A stretch of DNA of 64,000 nt from an uncultured Oscillospiraceae bacterium (GCA_900539195.1 UQBC01000004.1:9639-73638), one strand, 5' to 3'. Shown: positions 19,201 to 27,928, counted from the first letter of the stretch. Notes: generated by a model from the letters alone, not told the origin. Made by a program: numbers and translations.

Positions 19201-19752
19201 ATGAAGAAAACAGAAATCAGGCGTGGAGATATATTTTCCTACGATTTTGGCACAAGAATCGGCTCTATCCAATCAGGTGTAAGACCTGTGCTGGTAATTC
19301 AGGCAGACAATTTCAATGCGAATGCGCCTACTGTTATTGTTGCGTCCATTACGAGTGTAATAAAAAAGAGGTATTTGCCGTCCCACATTATTTTAGGCGA
19401 GGATTTTGGTCTGACGAAGCCTTCAATGGTGTTGCTTGAGCAAATACAGACTGTGAATAAAGATGATTTGACAGAGTATATTGGCTTTGTTGATGATGAG
19501 CGCCTTTGGAGACAGATTAACGCAGCCTTGAAAAAAACATTCGGTCTATGGCTTTACAACACTAACAGGATCGGCGACATTCGCTGCCTGTGTCCGAAAT
19601 GCTTAAACGACTATTTTCGCAATCCGAACTATGTTGTCAGACGCCTTGATCCTTTCGCTAAAAGTAAAGGCACTTGTGATAAGTGCAATGATAGAGGTTG
19701 GGATTATATCGTTTATGATAAACGCACCTCTTTCAAAGGGAAAGGGGTATAG
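19201..19752 (+). CDS. MazF/PemK-family toxin (mRNA interferase fold) fused to C-terminal zinc ribbon
   Basis: IRRGDIF...GSIQSGVRPVLVIQ...TVIVASITS PemK signature; C-terminal CLCPKC...CDKC; ATG 19201 after AGAGAGG. Confidence 0.6.
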   Translation: MKKTEIRRGDIFSYDFGTRIGSIQSGVRPVLVIQADNFNANAPTVIVASITSVIKKRYLPSHIILGEDFGLTKPSMVLLEQIQTVNKDDLTEYIGFVDDERLWRQINAALKKTFGLWLYNTNRIGDIRCLCPKCLNDYFRNPNYVVRRLDPFAKSKGTCDKCNDRGWDYIVYDKRTSFKGKGV

Positions 19753-19754
19753 GG

Positions 19755-19976
19755 ATGTCGCAAAGCAGGGAAAGGAAACGGAAGTTTGACATTCCTATAT
19801 GGTGTAAGGCAAATCTGTCGATTGAAGAAGCCGCAGCCTATTCCGGTATCGGAATGGCAAAGCTTTATGAGATGACAGAAAGTGAGGATTGCCCATTTGT
19901 CTTATGGATAGGTAGCCGGAGAATGATTAAGCGAAAAGCTTTTGATGAGTATATAGAGCGGCAATACTCAATTTAA
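19755..19976 (+). CDS. xis: excisionase, Tn916 Xis family (HTH_17), copy 1
   Basis: IPIWCKANLSIEEAAAYSGIG...WIGSRRMIKRKAFDEYI matches Tn916 Xis pattern. Confidence 0.7.
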   Translation: MSQSRERKRKFDIPIWCKANLSIEEAAAYSGIGMAKLYEMTESEDCPFVLWIGSRRMIKRKAFDEYIERQYSI

Positions 19977-20073
19977 TGAAAAAGTCAAGCCTGCGATGAG
20001 CCGATTCGCATAATTGGCTTATCGCAGGATATTGACTATGCTGTAACTACCAAAAGCAAGGAGGTACAGCAAT

Positions 20074-20295
20074 ATGCTTAGCAAAAAGCACAATCCGGAT
20101 ATGTCGAGAGTCCCGTTGTGGAAGAAAATGAATTTGACGGTGGAAGAAGCCGCCGAATACTCAGGAATAGGCGTATCTAAAATTAAAGAAATTTCAAATC
20201 AAAAAAACTGTCCCTTTGTCCTATGGAATGGAACAAAGCGGTTGATTAAAAGAAAACAATTCGAGGATTATCTCGAAACACAATATTCCGTCTGA
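20074..20295 (+). CDS. xis: excisionase, Tn916 Xis family, copy 2
   Basis: VPLWKKMNLTVEEAAEYSGIG...WNGTKRLIKRKQFEDYL. Confidence 0.7.
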   Translation: MLSKKHNPDMSRVPLWKKMNLTVEEAAEYSGIGVSKIKEISNQKNCPFVLWNGTKRLIKRKQFEDYLETQYSV

Positions 20296-20310
20296 GAGGA
20301 GGACAAGCTA

Positions 20311-20547
20311 ATGGATAATAAACTGACTGAAACAAGCAGTTCCAACAGGCGTGTGGCTGCTGTTCCAATTTGGGTAAAACCTTATTTGACGATAGAAGAA
20401 GCGGCAGAGTATACGGGAATAGGTAGGGATAAGCTTTATGAAATGACGAGCCTTGCCGATTGTCCGTTTGTGCTGTGGGTAGGCAATCGGAGAATGATTA
20501 AGCGCAGGATTTTTGATGAATACATTGAGCAAATGTATTCAATATGA
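20311..20547 (+). CDS. xis: excisionase, Tn916 Xis family, copy 3
   Basis: VPIWVKPYLTIEEAAEYTGIG...WVGNRRMIKRRIFDEYI. Confidence 0.7.
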   Translation: MDNKLTETSSSNRRVAAVPIWVKPYLTIEEAAEYTGIGRDKLYEMTSLADCPFVLWVGNRRMIKRRIFDEYIEQMYSI

Positions 20548-20557
20548 TGGAGGTTGT

Positions 20558-20797
20558 ATGGACGAAAAAATTTTAGCTTACAGAAGTGAACTCCAAAAGA
20601 GGTCGGAAAACACACAGTTTTGGACGAAAACGATTTTAACCGTTGAAGAAGCTGCCGCATACACCGGAATCGGAAGGGCAAAAATCCGCCAAATCATTTC
20701 ACAAGGGAATTGTCCTTTCACGGTAAATAACGGCACACAAATCTGTGTGATCCGAGAAGCGTTCATTGATTATCTTGATAAGCAGTTTCGCATATAG
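20558..20797 (+). CDS. xis: excisionase, Tn916 Xis family, copy 4 (most divergent)
   Basis: TKTILTVEEAAAYTGIGRAKIRQI...NNGTQICVIREAFIDYL; ATG 20558 after GGAGG. Confidence 0.65.
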   Translation: MDEKILAYRSELQKRSENTQFWTKTILTVEEAAAYTGIGRAKIRQIISQGNCPFTVNNGTQICVIREAFIDYLDKQFRI

Positions 20798-20811
20798 GAG
20801 GAGAGAGAATT

Positions 20812-22068
20812 ATGCCGAGAACAAAAAGAAAAGACAAGTCGAGAGCCGTGCTTCGGACAGGCGAATCGCAAAGGGCTGACGGAACTTATCAATTCCGATG
20901 GACTGACAGCAATCATAAGAGGTTTTGCGTATATGCCAAGACGCTTGATGAATTGCGCTACAAGGAAGAACAAATTAAAAAAGATAAGAGCGATGGCATT
21001 AAAGCCGAAGCCCGATATACGACGGTCAATGAGGTCTATGAGCTTTGGAAGGAACTGAAGCGAGGGCTGAAGAACAACACCTTTGAGAATTATAAATATA
21101 TGTATGAAACCTTTGTCCGTCATCAAATAGGCTCAAAAACAGTTTCATCGCTGAAAAAAACAGATATAAAGAGGTTTTATAATTACCTTACAGACGAACG
21201 CCAGCTAAAACCCTCGACCATTGACAGTATCCATACGGTATTACATCAAATTTTGGATATGGCGGTTGATGATGATTATATAAGAAATAATCCGTCAGAT
21301 AATGTACTTAGAGAGCTGAAGCAAGCACATTGCTTCAAAACAGAAAAGCGCAGAGCCTTAACCCGTCCCGAACAGGAATTATTTTTAAGCTACTTGAAAA
21401 ATACTCCCGCCGCACAATATTGGTATCCAATCTTTGCGGTTTTGTTAGGAACAGGACTTCGAGTTGGAGAACTTACCGGATTAAGATGGTGTGATGTCGA
21501 TCTGGAGAATGATGTTATTGATGTAAATCATACTTTGGTTTACTATGACCACCGCACCGATGGAAGCAAAAAAGGCTGCTATTTTAATGTCAATACGCCG
21601 AAAACTCCGGCTGGAAAGAGAAAAGTGCTAATGCTCAGCTTTGTGAAAGAGGCAATTATAATGGAAAAGGAAAGGCAGGAGCTGCTCGATCTTCATTGTA
21701 CCGCTACCATTGACGGATACACAGATTTCATTTTTATCAATCGCTTCGGCAATCCACAACATCAGGGAACGCTCAATAAAGCAATCCGCCGCATAATTCG
21801 TGACTGTAATGATGAGCAGTTTTTGAAGAACGAAAATCCCGAAGTGCTGCTTCCGCATTTTAGCTGCCATTCATTAAGACATACATTTACAACGAGAATG
21901 TGCGAAGCAGGAGTGAATGTCAAGGTCATTCAAGATACGCTTGGTCATAAGGATATTTCAACAACGCTTAACATCTATACCGATGTGACGAAGGAGCTTA
22001 GGCAGTCCGAGTTTGAAGGTCTTGACTCATATTTCAAAAGCGAGTATAATAAAGTGTCTAACGAATAA
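20812..22068 (+). CDS. int: tyrosine site-specific integrase, Tn916 Int family
   Basis: N-terminal LRTGESQRADGTYQFRW (Tn916 Int-like arm-binding domain); C-terminal R...HSLRHT...Y catalytic motifs. Confidence 0.9.
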   Translation: MPRTKRKDKSRAVLRTGESQRADGTYQFRWTDSNHKRFCVYAKTLDELRYKEEQIKKDKSDGIKAEARYTTVNEVYELWKELKRGLKNNTFENYKYMYETFVRHQIGSKTVSSLKKTDIKRFYNYLTDERQLKPSTIDSIHTVLHQILDMAVDDDYIRNNPSDNVLRELKQAHCFKTEKRRALTRPEQELFLSYLKNTPAAQYWYPIFAVLLGTGLRVGELTGLRWCDVDLENDVIDVNHTLVYYDHRTDGSKKGCYFNVNTPKTPAGKRKVLMLSFVKEAIIMEKERQELLDLHCTATIDGYTDFIFINRFGNPQHQGTLNKAIRRIIRDCNDEQFLKNENPEVLLPHFSCHSLRHTFTTRMCEAGVNVKVIQDTLGHKDISTTLNIYTDVTKELRQSEFEGLDSYFKSEYNKVSNE

Positions 22069-22231
22069 GTGGCATTTCTTGAGCGAGGATAAAAGCTTCT
22101 ACACCATTTACACCAATTTATACTCCAATCCACCGAAAAACTACACGAATTTATAGGGATATGGCGATTCAGGAAGAAACCCCGTTTAGACCTATTATGA
22201 GATATGAGGAGGTTTAGGAGAGATTGAAAAG

Positions 22232-22702
22232 ATGGTTGCTTTCGTCCCGACAATGAAGAGCCTTGATTCCGACAAGAAGCCGTCGGGTATTCCGAAAACC
22301 AAGGACGCTGTTGTTGAAGAAAAGATTGATTTTTCAAAGGTGAAGGTTGAGCCTTTGTTTGAAGAATATGTTGATTTTGAAACATTCTCAAAGTCAGATT
22401 TCCGTGCAGTAAAGGTTAAGGCTTGCGAGGCTGTTAAGAAGTCGAAGAAGCTTTTACAGTTCACTCTTGATGACGGCACAGGCACAGACCGCACAATTTT
22501 AAGCGGTATCCACGCTTATTATGAGCCTGAAGAGCTGGTTGGAAAGACTCTTATCGCTATCACAAATCTTCCGCCGAGAGCAATGATGGGCATTGACTCC
22601 TGCGGTATGCTCCTCAGTGCAGTTCACGAGGAAGAAGGCGAAGAAAAGCTCCACCTCCTCATGGTCGATAACCATATCCCCGCAGGTGCAAAGCTTTATT
22701 AA
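22232..22702 (+). CDS. tRNA-binding domain protein (MetRS C-terminal/CsaA/Trbp111-like)
   Basis: FRAVKVKACEAV...LVGKTLIAITNLPPRAMMGIDSCGMLLSA matches tRNA-binding OB-fold of MetRS C-terminus; own RBS and in-frame stop upstream. Confidence 0.7.
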   Translation: MVAFVPTMKSLDSDKKPSGIPKTKDAVVEEKIDFSKVKVEPLFEEYVDFETFSKSDFRAVKVKACEAVKKSKKLLQFTLDDGTGTDRTILSGIHAYYEPEELVGKTLIAITNLPPRAMMGIDSCGMLLSAVHEEEGEEKLHLLMVDNHIPAGAKLY

Positions 22703-22791
22703 AATATGATGTAAAAATGTACCGTTTACAAAATAGATTGATGCAGAAATCGGTGCAAGCAAGGAAAAATCGCATAATTAGTGCAATGAGT

Positions 22792-22820
22792 GGGCAATTC
22801 CAATCGGGATTGCCCATTTT
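22792..22820 (+). terminator. rho-independent terminator
   Basis: GGGCAATTCC-AATC-GGGATTGCCC hairpin followed by ATTTT. Confidence 0.4.
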
Positions 22821-22887
22821 CAGAAAGAAAAAGACAAATCGGAATTTGAGAAGGTAAGTGAATGGGATACCATGGAGGAATATGATA

Positions 22888-24231
22888 ATGTCGAAAGATG
22901 AGTATTTGATAACCGATACGCCCCTCAAAGCGTTGACGGTTTTTGCAATGCCAATGATTCTTGGAAGTTTTTTTCAGCAAATATACAATATGGCCGACTC
23001 TATTATTGTCGGTCAGTTTGTTGGTTCTTCCACACTTGCAGCTGTCGGTGCATGTGCAGCATTGACCAATGTGTTCATTTGTGTGGCACTGGGAGCCGGT
23101 GTCGGAGCCGGTGTGCTTGTGAGCCGTTATTTCGGAGCCAGGGAGTATGGCAAAATGAAAACAATCGTGTCAACCTCCTTGATTAGCTTTTTGCTTCTAA
23201 GTATAGTCCTTGGTGTTTTTGGCTTTTTCTTTGCCAACTCGATGATGAGTGGACTGCAAACCCCTGCCGACATACTGGATGATGCAGTACTGTATCTGCG
23301 GGTCTATTTTGTGGGCTTTCCGTTTCTGTTTATGTATAACATTCTTTCTACCATGTTCACCTCAATCGGCGAATCCAAAATTCCGCTGGGACTGCTGATT
23401 TTTTCGTCCATCCTGAATATTTTAATGGATCTTTGGATGGTAGCCGGGCTAGGTCTCGGTGTGTTCGGTGCGGCTATTGCAACCCTGATTGCACAGGGAA
23501 TTTCCGCAGTGTTTTCGTTTTTGATTTTCTTTGCACGGATGCAGCAATATAAAAGCCCCTTTAACAGGTTTGAACGGCAGGAGCTGTATTCCATGCTTCG
23601 CATTGCGGTGCCGTCGGTTTTACAGCAGTCCACAGTGTCCATCGGTATGATGATTGTGCAGGCAGTGGTAAATCCTTTCGGTACACAGGCACTCGCCGGG
23701 TACACAGCAACGATGAGGGTGGAAAATGTTTTTTCATTGATCTTTGTATCCATCGGCAATGCGGTTTCGCCGTATGTTTCCCAGAATCTTGGTGCAAAGA
23801 AAATTGATCGTATCAAAAAAGGCTACCATGCTGCACTGGTGCTGAATCTGTGCTTTGCGGTCATTGCGTTTGTGACCATTGAAGCGCTGCATACGCAGAT
23901 CTCCTCACTGTTCTTAGGAAAAGACGGAACGGCGTTTGCCTATCAGGTGTCCGGTGATTATATGAGGTGGCTTGGTTACTTTTTCATCTTCATGGGTATC
24001 AAGATGGCAACCGATGGAGTTCTTCGCGGTCTCGGAATTATGCGTCCGTTCCTCGTTGCAAACATAGTGAATCTTGCGATTCGTCTGTCCGTTGCCCTAA
24101 TCTGTGCACCACGTTTCGGCATTGCCTTTGTCTGGCTTGCGGTACCGGTTGGCTGGCTTGCAAACTTTTTAATCTCCTATGTGGCTCTTAGGAGATCATG
24201 GCCGACTGATAAAATGGCATCCATTAGTTAA
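22888..24231 (+). CDS. MATE family efflux transporter
   Basis: 12-TM protein with MATE N-terminal pattern (PMILGSFFQQIYNMADSIIVGQFVG); ATG 22888 after GGAGG. Confidence 0.8.
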   Translation: MSKDEYLITDTPLKALTVFAMPMILGSFFQQIYNMADSIIVGQFVGSSTLAAVGACAALTNVFICVALGAGVGAGVLVSRYFGAREYGKMKTIVSTSLISFLLLSIVLGVFGFFFANSMMSGLQTPADILDDAVLYLRVYFVGFPFLFMYNILSTMFTSIGESKIPLGLLIFSSILNILMDLWMVAGLGLGVFGAAIATLIAQGISAVFSFLIFFARMQQYKSPFNRFERQELYSMLRIAVPSVLQQSTVSIGMMIVQAVVNPFGTQALAGYTATMRVENVFSLIFVSIGNAVSPYVSQNLGAKKIDRIKKGYHAALVLNLCFAVIAFVTIEALHTQISSLFLGKDGTAFAYQVSGDYMRWLGYFFIFMGIKMATDGVLRGLGIMRPFLVANIVNLAIRLSVALICAPRFGIAFVWLAVPVGWLANFLISYVALRRSWPTDKMASIS

Positions 24232-24515
24232 CTTCCAGTTTTGATTTGACTTAATTCATAACATTTATTAACTGTTATATCTTATCCTCGTGAAGTCCGC
24301 AACCCCTTGAAAATGCTAAATTTGTAGCAAGTGAGTTTGCCCTTATGCTTTCCCTTGTGTTATATCCTTTTCCCTCATGTTACGAATGCTCGCAAGGGCA
24401 AAATCAAGGGAAAGAAAATCCAGTAACAAATTATAACATGAAATGAAAATGGCAGTAAGAACGGATTGAAATGCTTTCAAAACTTTTAGAAAATTAAGGA
24501 AAGGACAGATAAGAT

Positions 24516-24755
24516 ATGAGATTGATTTATGCAAGATATAATCCGCAATGTAATAGCATAGATGTAACCACGTTTGAAAATGTAGTGCTTAGAATTGATT
24601 GCAATAAGGCAGAGGAAGGATTGAGAACTACTCCCGGCTCCCAGTGTTCGTTGAATGCTTTGGCTATTGATAATCCATTAGAATATGCAAGATTATACTT
24701 GGATGGAGAAATGCAAGTATGGGTTGATGCAGAGGATCGTTTAGATACGTGGTGA
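24516..24755 (+). CDS. hypothetical protein
   Basis: ORF with AAGGAAAGG RBS. Confidence 0.25.
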   Translation: MRLIYARYNPQCNSIDVTTFENVVLRIDCNKAEEGLRTTPGSQCSLNALAIDNPLEYARLYLDGEMQVWVDAEDRLDTW

Positions 24756-24923
24756 TTTTGCTAATATAATATCATGATAGAGGTCTAGTACTAAAAATTC
24801 CAGAAAAATATATAGAACGTACGGTTATTCCATAATAAGAGGCAGGAATCTTAAGTTTCTAGATGTTTGAATTTTGCCTTAAGGTAAATAGAGAGGACAC
24901 ATTGATTTTTCAGTGTGTCCTCT

Positions 24924-25003
24924 CTATTTAAAAATATTTTTAAATAGTCCTTGTAAAAAGACAAAATGTATGCTAAAATCTATTTAAAGAGATTTTTAAA
25001 TAG
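24924..25003 (+). promoter_or_regulatory. ArsR-family promoter with two palindromic operators
   Basis: perfect palindrome CTATTTAAAAATATTTTTAAATAG (24924-24947), TTGTAA-17-TAAAAT promoter, second IR TATTTAAA-N6-TTTAAATA (24980-25003) just before ATG 25013. Confidence 0.45.
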
Positions 25004-25012
25004 GTAAAAGAT

Positions 25013-25282
25013 ATGAGAGAAACTAACATTTTTAAAGTGTTGGCAGATAGCCAGAGAAGAGCCATTCTTATGATGTTGAGAAATGAGCGATTAAATGCCG
25101 GAGAGATTGCTGAAAAATTACAGATCACACCGGCTGCTCTTTCTTATCATTTAAAATTATTAAAAAACGCAGATTTGATATCTGAATATAAAGAGAAAAA
25201 CTTTGTTTATTATGAAATCAACACTACGGTTTTCGATGAATTAATTATATGGGTTAACCAGTTTGGAGGAAAAAAAGTATGA
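25013..25282 (+). CDS. ArsR/SmtB-family transcriptional regulator (SdpR-like)
   Basis: HTH_20 pattern LADSQRRAILMML...GEIAEKLQITPAALSYHLKLLKNADLI. Confidence 0.75.
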   Translation: MRETNIFKVLADSQRRAILMMLRNERLNAGEIAEKLQITPAALSYHLKLLKNADLISEYKEKNFVYYEINTTVFDELIIWVNQFGGKKV

Positions 25283-25965
25283 AAAAAATAATGTGGACAG
25301 TAGCAATGATTCCAGTTGTAGTTACAAGTGTGGTACTACAGTTTATGCCTGATATTATACCTATGCATCATGACTTGGAGGGAAACACTGACAGATGGGG
25401 AAGTAAAACAGAAAGCTTTATTTTTCCGGTAATTATTTTGTTTATTACACTGTTTTGGCACTTGCTAATCTATGTGTTTGAGAAAAAATCAAAAAATGCA
25501 AATACAGAAAAGGAACAGATGGAAGCAAAATCTTCTGCAAAGGTATTATGTGTGGTAGGAATTTCGCAAGCAATCATGTTCGGGATTATGCATTATTTTA
25601 TTCTTTATTCTTCTTGGATACAGGCAAATGCAGGTGGTGAATATGCGGTTATTGACATTGCAAAAGTTTCATGTATTTTGTGTGGTATTATATTTATTGT
25701 ATTAGGAAATTTTATGACAAAGGCAAAACGAAATGCAGTAGTGGGAGTTCGAACCGTTTGGAGTATGCACAATGATAATACATGGAGAAAGAGTAACCGC
25801 TTTGGTGCAATATGTATTATTATTACGGGGTTATTGACTATCATTACAACTGTATTTACAAGTGGGATGACTGGCACAATCTTTATGTTGATTTATTTAT
25901 TATTAGCAACAATTGTAACTGTGGTATACTCAAAAAAGATATATGATAAGGAAATAAAAAAATAA
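25279..25965 (+). CDS. SdpI/YhfL-family (DUF1648) membrane protein
   Basis: ATGA-coupled to ArsR gene; 6 TM; N-terminal DUF1648-like segment. Confidence 0.5.
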   Translation: MKKIMWTVAMIPVVVTSVVLQFMPDIIPMHHDLEGNTDRWGSKTESFIFPVIILFITLFWHLLIYVFEKKSKNANTEKEQMEAKSSAKVLCVVGISQAIMFGIMHYFILYSSWIQANAGGEYAVIDIAKVSCILCGIIFIVLGNFMTKAKRNAVVGVRTVWSMHNDNTWRKSNRFGAICIIITGLLTIITTVFTSGMTGTIFMLIYLLLATIVTVVYSKKIYDKEIKK

Positions 25966-26010
25966 TTTGTATCTTTATGCGAGAGGGTGAAATTCCAGTC
26001 TTTTACGGAG

Positions 26011-26054
26011 AGATAACAAACGAAGGGAGGCAATTGCCTCCCTTCGTTTGTTAT
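26011..26054. terminator. 44-nt perfect palindrome; bidirectional terminator between convergent genes
   Basis: GATAACAAACGAAGGGAGGC-AATT-GCCTCCCTTCGTTTGTTATC. Confidence 0.5.
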
Positions 26055-27577
26055 CTACTCCTTCCACGGTTTGGTGGAGAATATGGTCTTGTTAACTCTC
26101 GCTCCTTTATGTCCTGTTTCTTAGATATAAGCCTATCGTGTAGAGACTGTGGCTTTTCTCCATACCGTTGTTTCCAATTCTTAAGGCTGTCCTGATAATC
26201 CCCATAAGCTGTCTCTGACTTATGAAATGCTTTGTAGAAGGCTTCCGCATTCTGATACCCGTATTCCTTTACGATATGGGATAATCGGGCTTTCATTCGG
26301 GAAATACGTTCCTCCAATCCGGCTATCTCTGTTGAAAGTTCGGAACGCCTTTTTGCTTTGAAGATACCTTTGCTGTCGGACAGTTCAATTTCAAGGTCAC
26401 TTCGCTGTTTCTCGAGTGCAAAAATTGCTTTATTCTGTTCTTGCAGCTTTTGATAAATTTCGCATAAGTGCTTGTAAGAAACTGCTTCCGGTGATGGCTG
26501 TGGTCTTGGCGGTATGGCAGGCTTTGGTGTATCTGTCTGCTTTCTGCTTTCTTCTGGTACAGCTTTCTGCTCTTTGAAATCTGTGTTCTCCGGTCTTGCT
26601 TCAAGCTCTTTGGAAATTACTTTATCTGCAAGCTCCAGAGTTTTGAGAAATACTTTGGAGATTAACAGTTCTAATACTGCAATGGCAGTACCGATAATGG
26701 AAGATAACAGATTCGGTCTGTTTCCGTAAAGCCATACGGATTCCACAATCTTGTCCGTTATCCGTTCCTTTTTTATCTGCATGATTTCTGACTTGGAAAC
26801 ACCCGTTACAATCGCTCTGTCAACAGTCTGATTCCACAAGGTGCGTTTACTGTTGTCTGCCTCAATCTCGGTGGCTTTCGGATTGTTCTTACCAATCTTT
26901 TTGGTGGCAAGATACATACCGCCACGCTCAAAAACTTCTAACCGCTGGCTTTTATCCCACACATACTGATTGATAAGATTGGTATAATCCTGCTTGACGG
27001 TATCAAGGAAATTTTCAGCCTTGAAGTGTTTATTCTTAATGGAGAAAATCTGTCTTTCGTATACCTCACCTTTGTGAATCACCTTACACCTTTTACGGAT
27101 ATTTCCTTCTTCATCAAGTATCTCTTTCTTGGTGCGTACATGATTTCCCTTTTCGTCATAGAACATATTGCGGGTGGCAACCTTTTCTATGGGCTGTTCC
27201 AAGAGTGTACGCTCCGAAAAAATGAGATGGATGTGATAGTTGGTTTTCCGCTTATTGTGATGCAGGGCTGCGATACAGTCCGTTCCGTAAGTCTGTCTGA
27301 AATGGTCTGTAAATATCTGCAACAGTCTGTCTGGAGGATACTCCGTAAAAGATTCCGGCAGGGCTATGATCAATTCCCTTGCCTCAATACATTTCCCCTC
27401 CGTACCGTTTTTTTTAAATTCTGCCTGATTATATTTTGCAAGGTCAGTCCAAAAATTACGGTCTGTGGTTTCATATACCGCATACAGATTTTCCTGTTTC
27501 TTTGGGCTTGAAATATAATAAATTCTTCCCCGGACATTGTGGAGCTTCGTCATCTGAATAAATGAATTTCTTGGCAT
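26051..27577 (-). CDS. mobilization relaxase (MOB superfamily, 3-His motif, C-terminal coiled coil)
   Basis: HHNKRKTNYHIHLIF (H-x-N..N-x-H-x-H); N-terminal Tyr region RGRIYYIS; AAGGAGG RBS before MPRNSF (track start 27604 is TTG). Confidence 0.6.
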   Translation of the reverse strand: MPRNSFIQMTKLHNVRGRIYYISSPKKQENLYAVYETTDRNFWTDLAKYNQAEFKKNGTEGKCIEARELIIALPESFTEYPPDRLLQIFTDHFRQTYGTDCIAALHHNKRKTNYHIHLIFSERTLLEQPIEKVATRNMFYDEKGNHVRTKKEILDEEGNIRKRCKVIHKGEVYERQIFSIKNKHFKAENFLDTVKQDYTNLINQYVWDKSQRLEVFERGGMYLATKKIGKNNPKATEIEADNSKRTLWNQTVDRAIVTGVSKSEIMQIKKERITDKIVESVWLYGNRPNLLSSIIGTAIAVLELLISKVFLKTLELADKVISKELEARPENTDFKEQKAVPEESRKQTDTPKPAIPPRPQPSPEAVSYKHLCEIYQKLQEQNKAIFALEKQRSDLEIELSDSKGIFKAKRRSELSTEIAGLEERISRMKARLSHIVKEYGYQNAEAFYKAFHKSETAYGDYQDSLKNWKQRYGEKPQSLHDRLISKKQDIKERELTRPYSPPNRGRSR

Positions 27578-27717
27578 GTGCTTCCTCCTTTCCGTATCTG
27601 CCAAGTACGAAGCTGCAAGAAATGAGGATGGGAAACTTTCTAATGTGAAAGTGAGTAGGCTACATAGGTAGCCTGTCTACGAACATATCCGCCTGTCGGC
27701 GAAAAGCTCCCAGCAGG

Positions 27718-27769
27718 GCGAAATACACAGAGTACAAATCGTAAGATTTGTGCGAGGGGTGTATTTCGC
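27718..27769. repeat. nested inverted repeats upstream of relaxase gene (candidate oriT)
   Basis: GCGAAATACAC...GTGTATTTCGC enclosing ACAAATC-GTAA-GATTTGT. Confidence 0.3.
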
Positions 27770-27928
27770 TCTCAAACGCCGAGGGCTTGTATAAAAAAGT
27801 TTCTTCCCCACTTCTTAAATTTCCGGTTGTATCTTAGAGGAAGCACATGGTATAATCTATTTGCGTGTAGGTATATCATGGCTTCGGTCAGATACATACC
27901 TTAGGGATGGTCTTAGGACTGTCCCTAT

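Larger units (their letters stand above)
14950..22230. mobile_element. Tn916-family int/xis integrative element lacking a conjugation module (boundaries approximate)
   Basis: Tn916-like Int and Xis homologs, Orf9/Orf7/Orf8-like regulators, ImmA/XRE switch; short repeat arrays at both proposed ends. Confidence 0.5.

Noticed and set aside
22232-22702. Truncated 3' fragment of metG split by the integrative element
   Set aside because: There is an in-frame stop (TGA ~22205) and a good RBS immediately upstream, and no metG 5' portion anywhere in the window. Called a stand-alone tRNA-binding protein.
26011-26054. 44-nt perfect palindrome as the IME oriT
   Set aside because: It lies at the 3' ends of two convergent genes, far from the relaxase 5' end. 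It is better explained as a bidirectional terminator, and the nested inverted repeat at 27718-27769 is a better oriT candidate.
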